From Camelus dromedarius (lineage: Eukaryota): a stretch of DNA of 64,000 nt. This document shows, in pieces, positions 12,049-25,832 of the stretch. The position numbers were made by a program, and so were the translations under genes. Position 1 is the stretch's first letter, and each line of letters begins with the position of its first letter. The DNA lies in NCBI RefSeq assembly GCF_036321535.1, contig NC_087437.1, positions 17,238,001 to 17,302,000 of the forward strand, in the 5' to 3' direction. The notes under the pieces are model-generated. The model was not told the DNA's origin. It was given only the letters and a program-made list of their open reading frames with translations, and ran no database searches.

Positions 12049-14319
12049 AAATAAAAAAAAATTCAGTAACAGCTGTTTCAAAAAGTAATTTTTAATTGAA
12101 AAAAGTAACAAGTGTACGTTTAGAATTAACTCTTGTGCTTGTGTGTAAGCCTGTAACATTGAAAAGACTGGAAGAATAAACATCAAAGTATTATAACAGT
12201 GGTTACCTACTGGGTGATGAGAGTATAACTTTTTTTAAATTTTTACTTACTTGTATTTACTATATTTTTTACGACTCCCATTACAAAGTTTTGGTAGTAC
12301 AGAAAAGTAATCTCTCTTAAAAATTTATGTTAAAAAATGCCTGAATTGACAAGTTGACTCTCCTCACAACTTCAGCTCTATATTACTACAAAAAATTATT
12401 TGGCCTCTTATTAACTGTTAACAACAGCAACAAAAATCACATTTACAGATTATAACATTCACTTCAAAAATCACTCTACCTGTTAAGGAACAATACATGC
12501 ATTTGATTATTCCATATAATGTATTTACATTCAAGTAATGAAATCATGGCACTTACTAGTAGCACACAAATAACCAAGACATATTACATAATCTTCAGGA
12601 AAATTTCAATGATTCCAACATGTAAGTGTCAGCAACAATTTAGTGTCAAATTATCCACTAATCATTTCAGTTTTATAAACTCATTCAACATAGTAGCAAA
12701 GTCTGTGGTAAAAAGCATATAATTTCATATTACCCTCTTGATTTTCCCATACCTGTAGCCAAGAAAGCTTCTAGTATTCCCATTTAATAAATGCAGAATT
12801 TGATGTATGAGGCCAAGGTCACCAAGCGACTTATTCGGTGGCAATGCCAGAGAAAAACACTGATTCATAATTAAGTGATTTTTAGACTACATTGGTAAAG
12901 CTCTCTCATTCCACCAGGACTCTAATTTACCAGAATAAAAGTACATTCACTTTAAACATAAGAGCTAGAACTCTAAATTTTCTTTCTTTCTTTTAAATCA
13001 ACTTGTACTTTCAAGGAAAACCATGTATTCCAATACATGTTAGGATAAATGTTAACTGACACCACCAAGAGTTTCAATAATGAATAAATTTTCTAGCTCT
13101 TGGTGAATTGTTTGATTTTGCATTGCAGCTGCAAAGACTATGCCAGGAAAAGCACAAAATCAAAGAGGCTCAATATTTTAATGGGATTTTTTTTCTCCTT
13201 AAAATAAATTACTAAAAAATGTGTATATACCTCATAGCTCATGTTTTTTCTCTTCCAAATGCTTTATATACCTATAACAGGTATTATACTATATTTGGTT
13301 CTCAATACAGCCTACTATCTTCACAAATACAGATGGATAGGAAATAAAGGATAAAGCTAATGTCTGGACCCAACATATCCCTAGATTACTCCTTTGACAG
13401 CACTAAGAAAAATGTAAAATTAAACTAAGAAAGACTTGAAAAATAGAAGGGCTCTTGAAGAAAAAATTTAATGAGAAAGTAATACATTGAAATGATGAGC
13501 AGATACAAACGAACTCACTGATAAAAGTGCAGAACCAGAGATATAGGAATAAATTAGTATTCTCATGTTCAGTGATTTATGAGGTGGTAGTTAAGCTGAG
13601 CTACTGAAACATGAGCTGACTCACATAACCCATTCACCAATAAAGTGCATTTCTATAATTTCACTCAATTAAGTATGCGGAAACATTTCTCTATTTTTTT
13701 GTTCTTGTTACTGTTCACAACAGCAAAGATTTCCTTGTCCTGGAGCTGGCATTCTAGTCAACATACATGAGCCTAACTAAAACAGTAGAAATGTCATGAG
13801 AATTCATATTAGTCCACAAAAATAAAGCCCACAAACTGAAAATTATTTCTCCTGCTAAATGCAACAGTTAAGATGGAAATATATTAAATGGATGTATGTG
13901 CATACCATGTGTATGTTTTGACACAACAGAAGATGTTAAAGTCGGGAATTGGGAATTAAAAGGTAAATAAGGATACATAATGAAAAGTTAAGACTTCTAC
14001 AACCCTTGATCCCAGAGGCAAGTGAACCCACAGTGACTAATTGTATCTATATCTCTCTAAATGTATTACATGCCTAAACAAGCATATGTGTATATTTTAA
14101 GTATACATCTTTTAAACACTGCAATTTAGAGAAAGAAAAAAAACTATGACGAAACTTTGCTATTTTGTATTTTTGATATCAACATATTTCCATTAAAATC
14201 TTACCACAAAACACAGAAATTAACAAAATGTCATCAAGATGTAAAAATCAACAACTTGAGACTTGGAACAAGGTAAGCATTTAGCAAATGGAACCACCAT
14301 TCCACTCCACTCCAAAATA

Positions 14320-14322
<3 letters not shown>

Positions 14323-14351
<29 letters not shown>
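14323..14351. repeat. (CA)n microsatellite
   Basis: Perfect AC dinucleotide run. Confidence 0.95.
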
Positions 14352-14355
<4 letters not shown>

Positions 14356-14729
14356 CACGAGTCAAAAGAAGACACAAAGACAATCAGTATAGCAGGTAAA
14401 CTTCAGCTTTGGAATGCAAGAGTATTGTTAGACAAAGACACAACAGAGAAGATACCTAATAACTGGTCTTTCAGATAAAAGGAAAAGTAATAGAGTATGT
14501 AGAACATACCAACATAAGAGTACTCAGGTCTTGTGAACAGAAAATTGTCTTAAATGCTTCATTAATTTATGGCTAAACATTTTTGCACAGATAATTTATA
14601 ACTGACGTTGTATGTCTTACATGTTCTCTCTGAAGTAGGAACATAAAGTCATTTTTCTTCCACCGTTAGTGATAATGAATCTGACAATTTAATTAATAAG
14701 ACAGTGGATTTATCAGATCTTTCCCTTTG

Positions 14730-15330
14730 CAATTCATGGGGTGATATTGTTGCCCAGAATATCTTTCATGTAATGATGTTAAAATCCATTGATGATCCTG
14801 ATCTGAATTAATTATTTCATTAGTAACTGTAAAATGGTAATTTTCTAATTCTTTTATTTCTTCCACATTTATTCACTGGCATTTTTCTGTTAAGATAAAA
14901 AGCAAACTTTCCCTCTAAAAGCAGGGATAAACCATAGCTCTGCCTAAAAATGCAGCAGAAATGTTTAATTCCTTAGCACAGGGAAATATATCCAAGATCT
15001 TGTGGTAGCTCACAGCGAAGAAAAATGTGACAATGAATACATGTATGTTCATGTATAACTGAAAAATTGTGCTCTACACTGGGATTTGACACAACATTGT
15101 AAAATAACTATAACTCAATAAAAAAATGTTTAAAAAAATGCTTAATTCTTTACCTTAAATTAACAATTTTTTCTGAATAAGGAGTTTCTCCTATGTACAT
15201 TCTCATGGGAGGAAGTCATTTTCTCTGTCTTTCCGAATACCCTTGTGGATTCATGGTTCTTACATTTTCTAAATCAATTATAGTTATTCTTCTTGATGTT
15301 AAAAATATTCCAAATTTAGCCACTGGGTTT
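14730..15330 (-). mobile_element. Old L1 (L1MC-like) 3' UTR fragment split by a younger L1
   Basis: CCATTGATGATCCTGATCTGAATTAATTATT...AAAATGGTAATTTTCTAATTCT, resuming as TTCTTGATGTTAAAAATATTCCAAATTTAGCCACTGGG. Confidence 0.55.
14975..15135 (+). mobile_element. Young, heavily 5'-truncated L1 3' UTR (camelid-type) with TSD
   Basis: AGCACAGGGAAATATATCCAAGATCTTGTGGTAGCTCACAGCG...TATAACTCAATAAAAAAA. TSD AAATGTTTAATTCCTT (14959-14974) / AAATGCTTAATTCTTT (15136-15151). Confidence 0.8.
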
Positions 15331-16144
15331 CTTTCATGTACAGAGAAAACAAAACTGGAGACCAATTACTGTGTCAACAGGTAGGCTTTGAAATGAAAAA
15401 TTTCCCCCTTTCTCCCTAGACATTGGTTGTGAAAAGAGATTAAAATATTGAGATAGTGACATTGTAGTATATACATACAATTTACAGTAAGGCTGTTGGG
15501 CCCAATTATATTATAGTTTTCTAAATTCTACATCAGTCAGTCATTTCTGATGACCTAAATCCATCTCTGTTTAACTTTCTACTCCTTTTAGTTCTTACCA
15601 CTCATGTGTTCTACTTGTATTATAATTGGTACCCTTTTTCCTCCCAAAAATGAAATAAGGAATGAAATGTCTATTCACGCTGGGCTCAGAACATACTCAA
15701 CAATATCACAGGGCGAAGAGACTTTATGGTACAAACTAATTACAACTAAAAATTTTCAGCAAAATCATCATTCAATGTTTCTGGTTCACAAGAAACACAG
15801 AAGATAGAGGAACAAGTTAAAGAACACCTCTGAAACAAAGAAAAAAAAGGTTGGGACATTTTAAAAATAAGCAGCCTTGTCTAGCAAAAAAGTCAGTATC
15901 TTAGAGGGAAAAGAGAGTGAATTATTCTAGACTAAAAGACAACAAAGATGTAACAACCACAAGCCTTGACATGGTCCAATACCCATACACACAAGAGGAG
16001 GAAGAGACACTATGAAAAACTAATGGAATCAACTGGGTAAATATGAATATGAACTAGATATAATAGTAAAAAAAATTAGTTATTTTTCTTAGACATGATA
16101 ATGGTAGTCATAAAAAGAAGTAACATCTTTAGGCAATGTATCGT

Positions 16145-16580
16145 ATTTATGGAAATGAAAACTTATGTCCACACAAAGACTTCTATACAAATGTTCAAGA
16201 AGAGATTTATTTCTAATAGCCCAAAATCGGTAACAACCTATATGTCCAACGACAGGTAAATGGAGAGACTGAATATATCCACAAAACAGAATGCTATGCA
16301 CCAATAAAAAAGAAGGAACCACTGATCGGCTGTATTCAAAATTTCTGTCACATACACTGACAGAAAGCAGAACTGCAGTTGTCTAAGATAAGAGTGGTGA
16401 TGGCATAAATGACTGGGAAGGAACATGAGGAAACCCTCTGGAGCACTAAAAATGTCTTTCATCTTGATTGTAGTGGTGTTAGTTAAAAAAGCCTATACAT
16501 TTGTAAAAATTAAAACCATACAATTAAAACTCAAACATTTATAAACAGTATTCGCCAATAAAGTTGATTTTAAGAAATAA
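16145..16580 (+). mobile_element. L1 (L1MB/ME-like) 3' end
   Basis: AAATGAAAACTTATGTCCACACAAAGAC...TAATAGCCCAAAA, ending CAATAAAGTTGATTTTAA. Confidence 0.7.
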
Positions 16581-16589
16581 ATAACAACA

Positions 16590-18495
16590 ACAACAAATCC
16601 CATTCACAACTCCATCAAAAAGAATAAAATACCAAGGAATAAATTTAACGGAGTGAAAGACTTGGACACTTTAAACTACAAGACACTGATAAAAGAAACT
16701 GAAGACACAAATAAATGGCAAGATATTCCATGCTTATGAATTATAAGAATTAATATTAAAATATCCATACTACTCAAAGCAGTCCCCATCAAAATTCCAA
16801 AGGCATTTTTCACAGAAATAGAACAAATAATCCTAAAATTTTTACAGAACCACAGAAGACCATGAATAGCCAAAGCAATACTGAGAAAGAACAACAAATA
16901 TGGAGGCATCACACTCCCTGATTTCAAACTATATTACAAAGCTACAATAATCAAAACAGTATGATACTGGCATCAAAACAGACACATAGATCAATGGAAC
17001 AGAATATAGAGCCCAGAAAAAAATCTCAGGAATACAGTCAAATAATTTGACAAAGGAGCCAAAAATATACAATGAGGAAAGAATCTCAATGAATAATTTT
17101 TGGAAAACTAGACAGCCCCATGCAAAAGAATAAAACTGGACCAATATCTTAAACTATTCACAAAATAACTCAAAATGGATAAAAGACTGAAACCATAAAA
17201 CTCTTAGAAGAAAACATAGGTGGTAAGATCCTTGACGTTAGTCTGGACAATGATTTTTTAGATTTGATATCACAAGCAAAGGCAACAAAAAACAAAAACA
17301 AACAAGTGAGGTATCAAACTAAAAACCTCCTATGTAGCAAAGGAAACCAGCAACAAAATGAAAAGGCAACCTACTTACAGGAGAAAATATTTGTAAATCG
17401 TGTATCTAATAGGGGCTAATATCCAAAATATATAAAGAACTCATACAACTCAATAGCAAAAAAAGAAAAAAAATCTAATTTAGAAATGGGCAGAAGATCT
17501 GAAAAAGTATTTTTCCAAACACATACAAATGGCCAACAGGTACATGAAAAGATGCTCAAGATAACTAAATAATCAGAGAAACACAAATCAAAACCAAACT
17601 GAGGTATCACTTTTCATCTCTTAGGATGGCTATTATCAAAAAGAGAAAAAGTAAGTTTTGGTGAGAATGTGGTGTAAAGAGAACCCTTGCGTACTGTTGG
17701 TAGAAATACAACTTGGTGCAACCACTATGGAAAACAGTATGGAGCTTCTTCAAAAAAATTAAAAATAGAACTACTAAATGATCAAGCACTTCCATTTCTG
17801 GGTTATTTGTCCAAAGGAAACAAAAACACTATGTGGAAGAGATACCTGCGTTCCCACACTCACTGCAGCATTATTTACACAGCCGAGACATGGGAGGAAG
17901 CAATCTGAGTCCACTGATGGATGAATATACAAAGAAAACATAGTGTATGTATATATGTGTGTGTGTGTGTGCATACATATGTATATATTTATAATCAAAT
18001 ATTCATCTATAAAAAAGAAAATCTTGTCATTTGTGAAAAATGATTGGTCCTTGGAGGCATTATGCTATGTAAAATAAGTCAGAGAAGGACAAATACCATA
18101 TGATCTCTTAAATGTGGAATCTAAAAACAAAAACAAAACAGAACAACAAACTCGTAAATACAGAGAGGGGACTGGTGGTTGCCACAGGTAGGGGGTCAGG
18201 ATGAGCCAAAAGGGTGATGGTGACCAAAAGGTACAAATTTTGATTATAAAATAAGTAAGTCCTGGGGATGTAATGTATAGAATGGCAACTATAGTTAATA
18301 ATACTGTACTGCATTTTTGAAAGTTATTAAGAGTAAGCTTTAAAAAGTTCTCATCACAAGAAAAATAGTATTTGTAACTACACGTGGTGATGGATGTTTA
18401 TCAGACTTACTGTGGTGATCACTGCACAATATGTACAAATATTAAATCGTTATGTGTTGTATACCTAAAAATAATGGGGATGCTAATAAAAAAAA
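16590..18495 (+). mobile_element. L1 (L1MA-like) ORF2 3' half plus 3' UTR, degenerate
   Basis: Continuous L1 ORF2 similarity; frame 17687-17908 contains KKLKIEL of the ORF2 C-terminal region. The 3' UTR contains TATAGTTAATAATACTGTA...TTCTCATCACAAG. Many stops and frameshifts. Confidence 0.9.
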
Positions 18496-19204
18496 GTATG
18501 TTAATTGTGGTGACTGACGTTTTCAGAAGTGTACACTTAAGTCAAAATTTAATAAATTGTACAACTTAAACAGGCACACTGTATTGGATGGAAATTGTAA
18601 TTCAATAAAGCTGTTAAAGACAAAATCAATGGAGTTTTGAATGATTACTTCCCTCTTCCTTTTCCCATAAATAAGCAAAATGCTACAGACAACCCCTGAA
18701 AACGTAGACAACTTTAAAAGAAAAAACTATGTGAACTGGGAAAACAACATAAATATAATTGAGACTATGAAAACAGTAACAAATTGTCTTCTAAAACTGT
18801 GAAACATTAAATGACATCAAAATAAATAAGGATCCAGGTGGGAAAGCCCATGTGGCAGGAACTTTTTGACCCAAATCTCACTCCTCCCACCACCTTTTCC
18901 CCAGTCAACTTCCAGTCAAGGTCCGGCCTTGAGATCTGAAGACTAGGAGTTACTGATACAATCCCTGGTGCTTCCCCTTCCTCTATCGTCCAGTCGTCGG
19001 AGCCATAACAGCCATATGCAAGCATGAAAAAGAGGCCAAGAATTAATCATGCAGATACCTGTTCTGATATCATTGTACCAGTAAATCAATGCCAGCAATT
19101 ATGTAAGAAAAATAAAGTCCAATTTTAACAAGCCAGTGCAGTCTGGTTTTCTGTTACCTAATGCCTAATTCAATGCAAACTAATACAAACACAGTTACCA
19201 TTTC

Positions 19205-19630
19205 TTTTTAAACCCTGAGATAGAATTCACATATCATAAACTTCACCCTTGTACACTTTAAGTATACAATTCAGTTGTTTTTAGTTTATTCACAAGGTTG
19301 TATAATCATCACTATCTAATTCCAGAACATTTTCATCATCCCAAAAAGATACCCTGTACCCATTAGCAGTAACTTCTCATTTCTCCTGTCCGTAGACCCT
19401 GACAGTCACTAATCTACTTTCTGTCCTCTGGATTTGCCTAATCTGAATATATCATATAAATGGAACCATACACTATATGAATTTTTTTTACTTTGGCTCT
19501 TTTTACTTAGGACAATGTTTTTAAGGTCCATCTATATTAATTAAAACATGAAATCAGTACTTCATTCCTTTTATGGCTAAATAACATTTTGTTGTATATC
19601 ACATTTTGTTCATTCATCAGCTGATGGTTG
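19205..19630 (-). mobile_element. L1MB-like 3' end
   Basis: GAGATAGAATTCACATATCATAAA...TATACAATTCAG...TTCCAGAACATTTTCATCATCCCAAAAAGA, an antisense L1 3' UTR. Confidence 0.8.
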
Positions 19631-19829
19631 GAGAAAAGAGTAATATACAAAAATGAATAGTTTTTATGCTTGAGAAAGAATAATCTTAGAAATGGAAGTG
19701 AGATTAAAATGTTCTCACACAACAGCAACAAAACCTATATAATGATTTTTAATGAATTAATAATTTGGCACTAAATATAAAGAAACTATATATGCTTCTT
19801 AAATAAAAGCATAAACATTATATTTGGAA

Positions 19830-21200
19830 AACACTATCACAAAAGTGTAAGTTATCTCCTATATTAATTAATTTCATATAATTCAAATTAGAATCCAAAT
19901 GGGTTTTATATTGTTATATTTTTAGGAAGAAATGATCACATTTATATATAGGAACTACTACTGCAAACCAAAGATGAAAAAGAAGGGTAAGTTGGAACCT
20001 GCTTCAAATATGAAAAAATACTAGACTGTCACAAAAAACAACTCAGTAAAGTACTGATACAGAAATAGAACAATATTAATAAAATAATTAACAATTGAGA
20101 AAAATGCCAAAAAAATGAAAATTTTGAATAAAATAACGGCAATCACTCAAGTCAGTGGGAAATAGATGGCTTAGTTAATTTTTTTTTAAGTGGTAGTAAT
20201 CTAGAAGAAAAACCAGGTGCCCTAATGTTATAGGACACATAAAAATAAACTCAAGACAAATGTGAATTGTAAAAAAATAAAAACAATTAAAACCTTGCCA
20301 GAAAAAAATCTGGAAACATTCACAATTCAGAACTATAAAATATAAAGTGACTCACATAAAAGTTAAAAGTTCTTGTACCTGGGGGAAAATAAAGACATTT
20401 GCAACAGAGGTAATGAAACATTCATGTTTTAACATACAGTGAGCTCTTACAATCTGAAAAAGACAAACGACCCAAACGGAATTTAGGCAAAGGATAGCAA
20501 AAGAACAATTTACAGAAGAGGAACATTAAATGTCCACAAACATAAGAAAAGATGCTTAAACTCATTATACTCAGGGAAATTCAAATTAAAAATGTGATAA
20601 ACATTACACTATAAGGCCGGCAAATGTTTAAAAAGCTATAGCCCAATGTCCTGGCAGAGGTGTGGGACAAAGAATATTCTCACACTCTAATGGAAAATTT
20701 CTGCAGAAAGCAATTTGGCAACACCTGCTTAAATGAAAAATATAAAAACCCTTCAATCCAGCAGTGTTACTCCTGAAAATCTATCCCACAGAAATAAAAG
20801 CATCTGGAAATAAGGACATACAGTCAAAGATGCAACATTCTATAAAATGGCCAAGAACTAGAAAGACAATACTGTCATAGATGTGGGAATAGTTAAATAA
20901 ATTTTATATAACACATCATAAAGCATTCAATTTGGAGTCATGAAAATAATGAATTACAGTTACACCTTAGATGGATAGCAGAGCTATCCCTTAGATGGGG
21001 GATTTCTCTGAGGTATTATTAATGAGAACAGAAAGATGCAGAAAAGTATATAAAATGAGCCTACCTTTTTTAACTCATCATCACAACAAGCTTATATATC
21101 TAATTGGGAATACAAATATCTGTACAAGATTATATAAAGATGGAGAGAAAATATGAAGCAATATATAATACTATGCTATTTACACAGATTTAGAATGGGA
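19830..21200 (+). mobile_element. Highly decayed L1 (L1ME-like) ORF2 3' region
   Basis: GGCAAAGGATAGC...ACAATTTACAGAAGAGGA...GAAAAGATGCTTAAACTCATT...GCAATTTGGCAACA. Confidence 0.55.
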
Positions 21201-21889
21201 TGAAGTAGTTCTGATGCAGTGAGAAGTAAAAGTTGAGAGTTAAGCCAAAAAGAATGGCAGAGGGGGATAAATTCTCATTCATGTCTTTATGTAAACATTA
21301 TAAACTAAATATTTTTTAATTTTAAGGAGGTATGTCAAGATACAAATTTTGTCCAATATAAGGATTAAAGAATTACACATATATATAATAAAGAAAACTA
21401 AATGAAGCATTATTTAACACAAATTATATATATATGGTAAAATATATAAATATGAATATGAAACATCAACTGAATTATATTGAGGAAAATAAAAGTTGTG
21501 AAGTTGTAATATCTCTTTGACTAAAAATATATTAATCTGAGAATTACAGTTCAGAATGCTATGACAACTTACCCATGCCCAAGTTGCAGAATATGTGTCT
21601 TTTATACTAGAACTGAAAACTGTATCAAACTCACCAATATTTAATTGTATGATTTAAATGAGTAGTTTTTACATGTGTAAATAAGCCATTTGGTTACTAT
21701 GAATAGCCTTAGGGGAACAATATATTCCCGTAACTCAGGCATAATCCAAACGAGGCAGTATATAAGCATGAGGTCACAAGTAAGAACTGACATACCAAGC
21801 TAAACAAACTCTCTGTAAAATGAACATATCCTCTGCCATTTACTAAGACTGGATTACATAAACAAAAATAACTATTTTTAAAAATGTTT

Positions 21890-24800
21890 CAAGAATCAAC
21901 TAAACACTAGCAAACTAAACTTAATGGCGTACTGAAAGAATTACACACCTTAACCAAATGGAATTTATTCCTAGAAAGCAAGGGTAGCTCAACATATTAA
22001 AAATCAACCAATGTAACACACATTAATGTATAACGGGGAAAAATTACATGATCATCCCACATGATACAGAAAACACACTTTAACAAAATTCAACACCATT
22101 TCATGATTAACAACTAAGAATAGAAAGAAATTACCTTAATAAGGTAAAGGCCATATATGACAAACCTACAGCTATTATCACACTCAATAGTGAAAGGCTG
22201 AAAGCTTTTCTCTAAAATCTGGAAGGAATTAAGGATGCCTACTGTCACCACTTCTATTCAACATACTACTAGCAACCACAGCAGTTAGGCAAGAAAAAGA
22301 TAAATGGCATTTAAATTGGAAAATAAGTATAAAATTGTCTGTTTTGCAGATTGCATATTATATGTAGAAAATCCTAGATTCCACACACAAAAAACTTTTA
22401 ACACTTATTTTAAAAATTTAGCAAATTTGCCTGATAACAAAATCTACACACAAATATAAATTGTTTCCACATATTAAATATAAACAATTTGAAAAAGAAA
22501 TTAACAATTCCATTTATAATATCAAAAAAAAAGAATAAATGTGGCAAAGAAACAAAAGCCTTATACACTAAAACAACAAAAATTTGTTAAAAGAAATTTA
22601 AAAAGACATTAATGAACCAGCAATTCCACTTCTGAGAATATACAAAAAACAATTAAAAGCAGGGTATCAAAGAGATACATGTACACCCACATTCAGAGCA
22701 GCAGTATTCACACAACAGCAAAATGTGGAAGCAATCCAAGTGTCCACTGATGGATGAATGGATAACAATGTGATATATACATGTAATGGAATATTATTCA
22801 GCCTTAAAAAAGAAAGAAATTCTGACACATGCTAAAACATAGATGAACCCTGAGGACATTACGCTAAGTGAAATAGACTAGTCACAAAAAGAAAAATACT
22901 TTATGATTCCATTTATATGAGGTACCTAGAGTAGTCATATTTATAGGGAAAGTAGAATGGTGGCTGCCAAGGGTTGTGGGGAATGAGAAATAGGAAGTTG
23001 CTGTTTAACAGGTATAGAGTTTCAGTTTTGCAAGATTAAAAGAATTCTGAGATTGTACAACAATATGAAAGTACTAACAGTACTGAAATGTGTACTTAAA
23101 AATTAAAATCACAAATTTTATGTTATATGGAGTTTAACATAGTTTTAAAAAAGTAACCTACAGCTAACCTAATACTTAATGGTGAGAAAGCAAAAGCTTT
23201 CCCACTAAGATCAGGAATAAGGCAAAGATGTCCCCTGTCATCACTCATTTTCAACACTGTTCTAGAAATCTGGATGATGCAATAAAACAAGGAAAGGATA
23301 TAAAAGGTATATGGATTAGGAAAGATGAAACAAAACTGTCTTTATTCATAGATGATATGACTGTCTAGGTAGAAGAGATGAAATAGACAAACAACTCCTA
23401 AATTAATAAGCAATCACAGTACAGTTGAGGATACAAGAAGGAGAACAAAGTCAGGATGACTGACACCACCCAACTTCATGACTTGCCTTAAATCTACAGT
23501 AATCAAGAAAGTGTGATAATGGCAAAAGAATAAATAACTAGATTAAGAACATATTACAGAGAGCCCAGAAACAGGCCACATAAATAAAGTCAACTGTTCC
23601 TTGACAAAGGAGCAAAAGTGATACAATGGAGGGGAAAAAAATATTTTCAACAAATGGTGCTGGAACAAATAGACATTCACATGCAAAAAAAAAAAAAAAT
23701 CTAGACATAGATCTTATGCCCTTCACAAAAATTAACTTAAAATAGATCACAGGCCTAAATGTAAAAGAGTATAAAACTCTTAGAAGATAAATTAGGAGAA
23801 AATCTAGATGATCTTGGGTTTGGAGAGAACTTTTTAGATACAAAACCAAAGACACAATTCATAAAAGGAAAAATTGATAAGCTGAACTTCGTTAAATTAA
23901 AAACTTCTCCTTTCCAAAAGACACTGCCAAGAGAATAAGTAAAGTCACAGACTGGGAAAAATATCTATAAACAATGTATCTGATAAAGGACTATTACTTC
24001 ATTATACAAAGGACTCTTAAAACTCAACAGTAAGAAAAATGAACAATCCATTTTAAAAACTGGCAAAAGATCTGAACAGACACCTCACCAAAGAAGATAT
24101 TCAGATGGTGTATTAGCATATGAAAAGATACTCAACATTCCATAAAACAAGACACCACTACACATCTATTAGAATGGCAATAAACTGGAACACTGACAAT
24201 TCAAATGTTGATGAGGATGTAGAGCCTCAGGAACTCTTTTACATCGCTGGCAGGGAATACAAAATGGTATAATCACCTCGGAGACAATTTGGCAGTTTCT
24301 TACAAAACTGAACATACTCTTAGCATACAATCCAGCAACTGTACTCCTTGAAAGTTAGCCAAATGAACTGAAAACTTGTGTTTCCACAAAAACCTACACA
24401 CAGTTGTTTACATCAGCTTTATTCATAATTGCAAAACTTGGAAGCAACCAAGGTATCTATCCTTCAGCAGAAATGAGCTATCAAGTCATGAGATGACAGA
24501 GGAAGTATAAATGCGTATTTTTAAGTGGTATAGCCAATTTGAAAACACTACATACTGTATGCTTCCAACTAAATGGTATTCTGGAAAAGGCAAAAGTATA
24601 GAGGGCAGTAAAAAGTGGTTGCCAGGAGTTAAGGGAATGGGACAGATGAACAGACAAAAAGCTCAGATTTTTAGAGCAGTGAAACTATTTTGTATAATAC
24701 TATAATGGTAGATACATGTCATTATACTTCTGTCAAAACTCAGAGACTATACAATGAAAATGAACCCGAATGTAAATTATGGACTTTGGGTGATAATGAT

Positions 24801-25280
24801 GTAGGTTCACTGATTATATATCCATTGAACTGTTGCTAGTGAGGGAAGCTGTAAACATGTGAAGAAGGTAGGGGCTATAAGTGAACTCTCTGTACTTTCA
24901 ACTTAATTTTGTTGTAAACATAAAGAAAAGAAAAAGGGAGAGGTAGGGAGGGGAGGAAAGGGAAGAAAGCATTTAAAAATGCAACAATATGGATATTTCT
25001 CAAATGTGTTCTGCTTAGTGAAAGAAACCATAATCAAAAGGTTACTTACTAGATGATACCATTCATATGACATTCTGAAAGAGGCAGAACTATAAGGTGA
25101 GCAAAGACATCAGTGGTTGCCAGGAGCTGGAGTTGAAGAAAGAGCTGACCACAGAGGGGCATGAGAGAATTGAACTCTTCTATATTTTGATTCTGTTGAT
25201 GGTTTCACAATTGATGCATTTGTTAAAACTCGTGAAAGAGTAAATTTCACTATATGTAAATTATACCTCAATAAACCTGA
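21890..25280 (+). mobile_element. Cluster of several L1 fragments (RT region ~21890-22610; 3' end ~22612-23150; second RT-to-3'UTR copy ~23152-24925; 3' end ~24975-25280)
   Basis: RT motifs ([22 protein letters not shown] at ~23340) occur twice, and there are several distinct 3' UTR termini. Confidence 0.85.
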
Positions 25281-25564
25281 CGAGAGAGAAAACATCTGCT
25301 TTCTTCCTCATCTCTGAAAATACTCTTTTTGGTAAGTTATTATTTATGATGTTTGAGACTTTTTATTGTAAATAAACTTTAGAGATTTTAGACATGAATA
25401 TAATGAATACAGTAATATACTTTCTGCTTTATAAATTAAAATTAAGAGTTTACCACACAACACTTTTTACTCTGAAATCTATTAACTCCTATGTTCCCTG
25501 TAGACTAAGTTCTTTATTTAATATTACATATCCCCCAAATTAAACAGGTAGTTTACAACCTCAA

Positions 25565-25832
25565 TCAGAGTACAATTCTAAAATTGTGGTCCCTGGACTG
25601 GCATCTGCATTGCCAGGAAACTTATTAGAAATGTAAAATCTCAGGCCCCAAATCTGACCAACTCTCAGTTTGCGGCCCAACAATCCCTGAAGAGCCCTGA
25701 AAATAACTCTAATACAGTTTTAAGAACCGCTAGCCACAACTCCAGACCAATTAAATCAGACTGTTTGGGGGTAAGGTCCAGCCATCAGTATTTTTTAAAC
25801 TCCCCAGATAAATACAATGTATAACCAAGGTT
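25565..25832. mobile_element. Adjacent MER5-family (hAT-Charlie) remnants
   Basis: TGTGGTCCCTGGAC...CTTATTAGAAATGTAAAATCTCAGGCCCC and CCAGACCAATTAAATCAGA...CATCAGTATTTTTTAAACTCCCCAG. Confidence 0.65.

Noticed and set aside
13022..13105. Two adjacent inverted repeats (CATGTATT/AATACATG; CACCAAGAG/CTCTTGGTG) as a structured RNA or miRNA
   Set aside because: Stems of 8-9 bp are expected several times by chance in 64 kb of AT-rich DNA and are too short for a pre-miRNA.
16089..18569. Cluster of 60-83 aa ORFs
   Set aside because: All lie within decayed L1 sequence (antisense or frameshifted ORF2) and are not host genes.
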